Shown: one piece after another, positions 63,900-64,000 of the stretch
Layout of the letters: each line of letters starts with the position of its first letter
Numbering within the stretch: position 1 is the stretch's first letter
From: Malacoraja senta
Lineage: Eukaryota
Length of the DNA stretch: 64,000 bases
Assembly (NCBI GenBank): GCA_038087875.1
Contig: CM075990.1
Location: 1,302,001 to 1,366,000, forward strand
Direction of reading: 5' to 3'
The notes under the pieces: model-generated
Seen by the model: the letters and a program-made list of their open reading frames with translations, nothing else
The model's database searches: none
Told to the model about the DNA's origin: nothing
Made by a program: the position numbers and the translations under genes

Positions 63900-64000
63900 C
63901 TTCTGGATAGAAAATTGGTTGGCAGACAGGAAGCAACGAGTAGGAGTGAACCGGTCCTTTTCAGAATGTCAGGCAGTGGCGAGTGGAGTGCCGCAAGGCT
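63900..64000 (+). mobile_element. CR1 RT fragment running off the window
   Basis: WIENWLADRKQRVGV..GVPQG. Confidence 0.85.

Overview
This is eukaryotic DNA dominated by transposons. The repeat families (HE1/V-SINE-type SINEs, CR1, Penelope) point to a cartilaginous fish, probably a skate or ray; that assignment is an inference. The host genes are a divergently oriented pair of GPR139/142-like class A GPCR paralogs. One is a complete two-exon gene on the minus strand (exon 1 39410-39476, missed by the ORF track; exon 2 28313-29220; 324 aa). The other is represented only by its first exon on the plus strand (62863-62929), and the two share a related TATA promoter. Most of the rest is retroelements: two DIRS1-type tyrosine-recombinase retrotransposons (one nested in a full-length Gypsy), a tRNA-Pro-primed ERV with a gag remnant only, a 1.35 kb mini-Gypsy, CR1, L1, Rex1-like and Penelope fragments, and a Harbinger-type MITE. 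The most unusual signal is a 97-bp Penelope-derived unit flanked by target-site duplications and carrying a minimal hammerhead-ribozyme core, found as single copies and as fold-back pairs. A 200-N assembly gap lies at 22897-23096. All comparisons were made by eye; no database searches were run.
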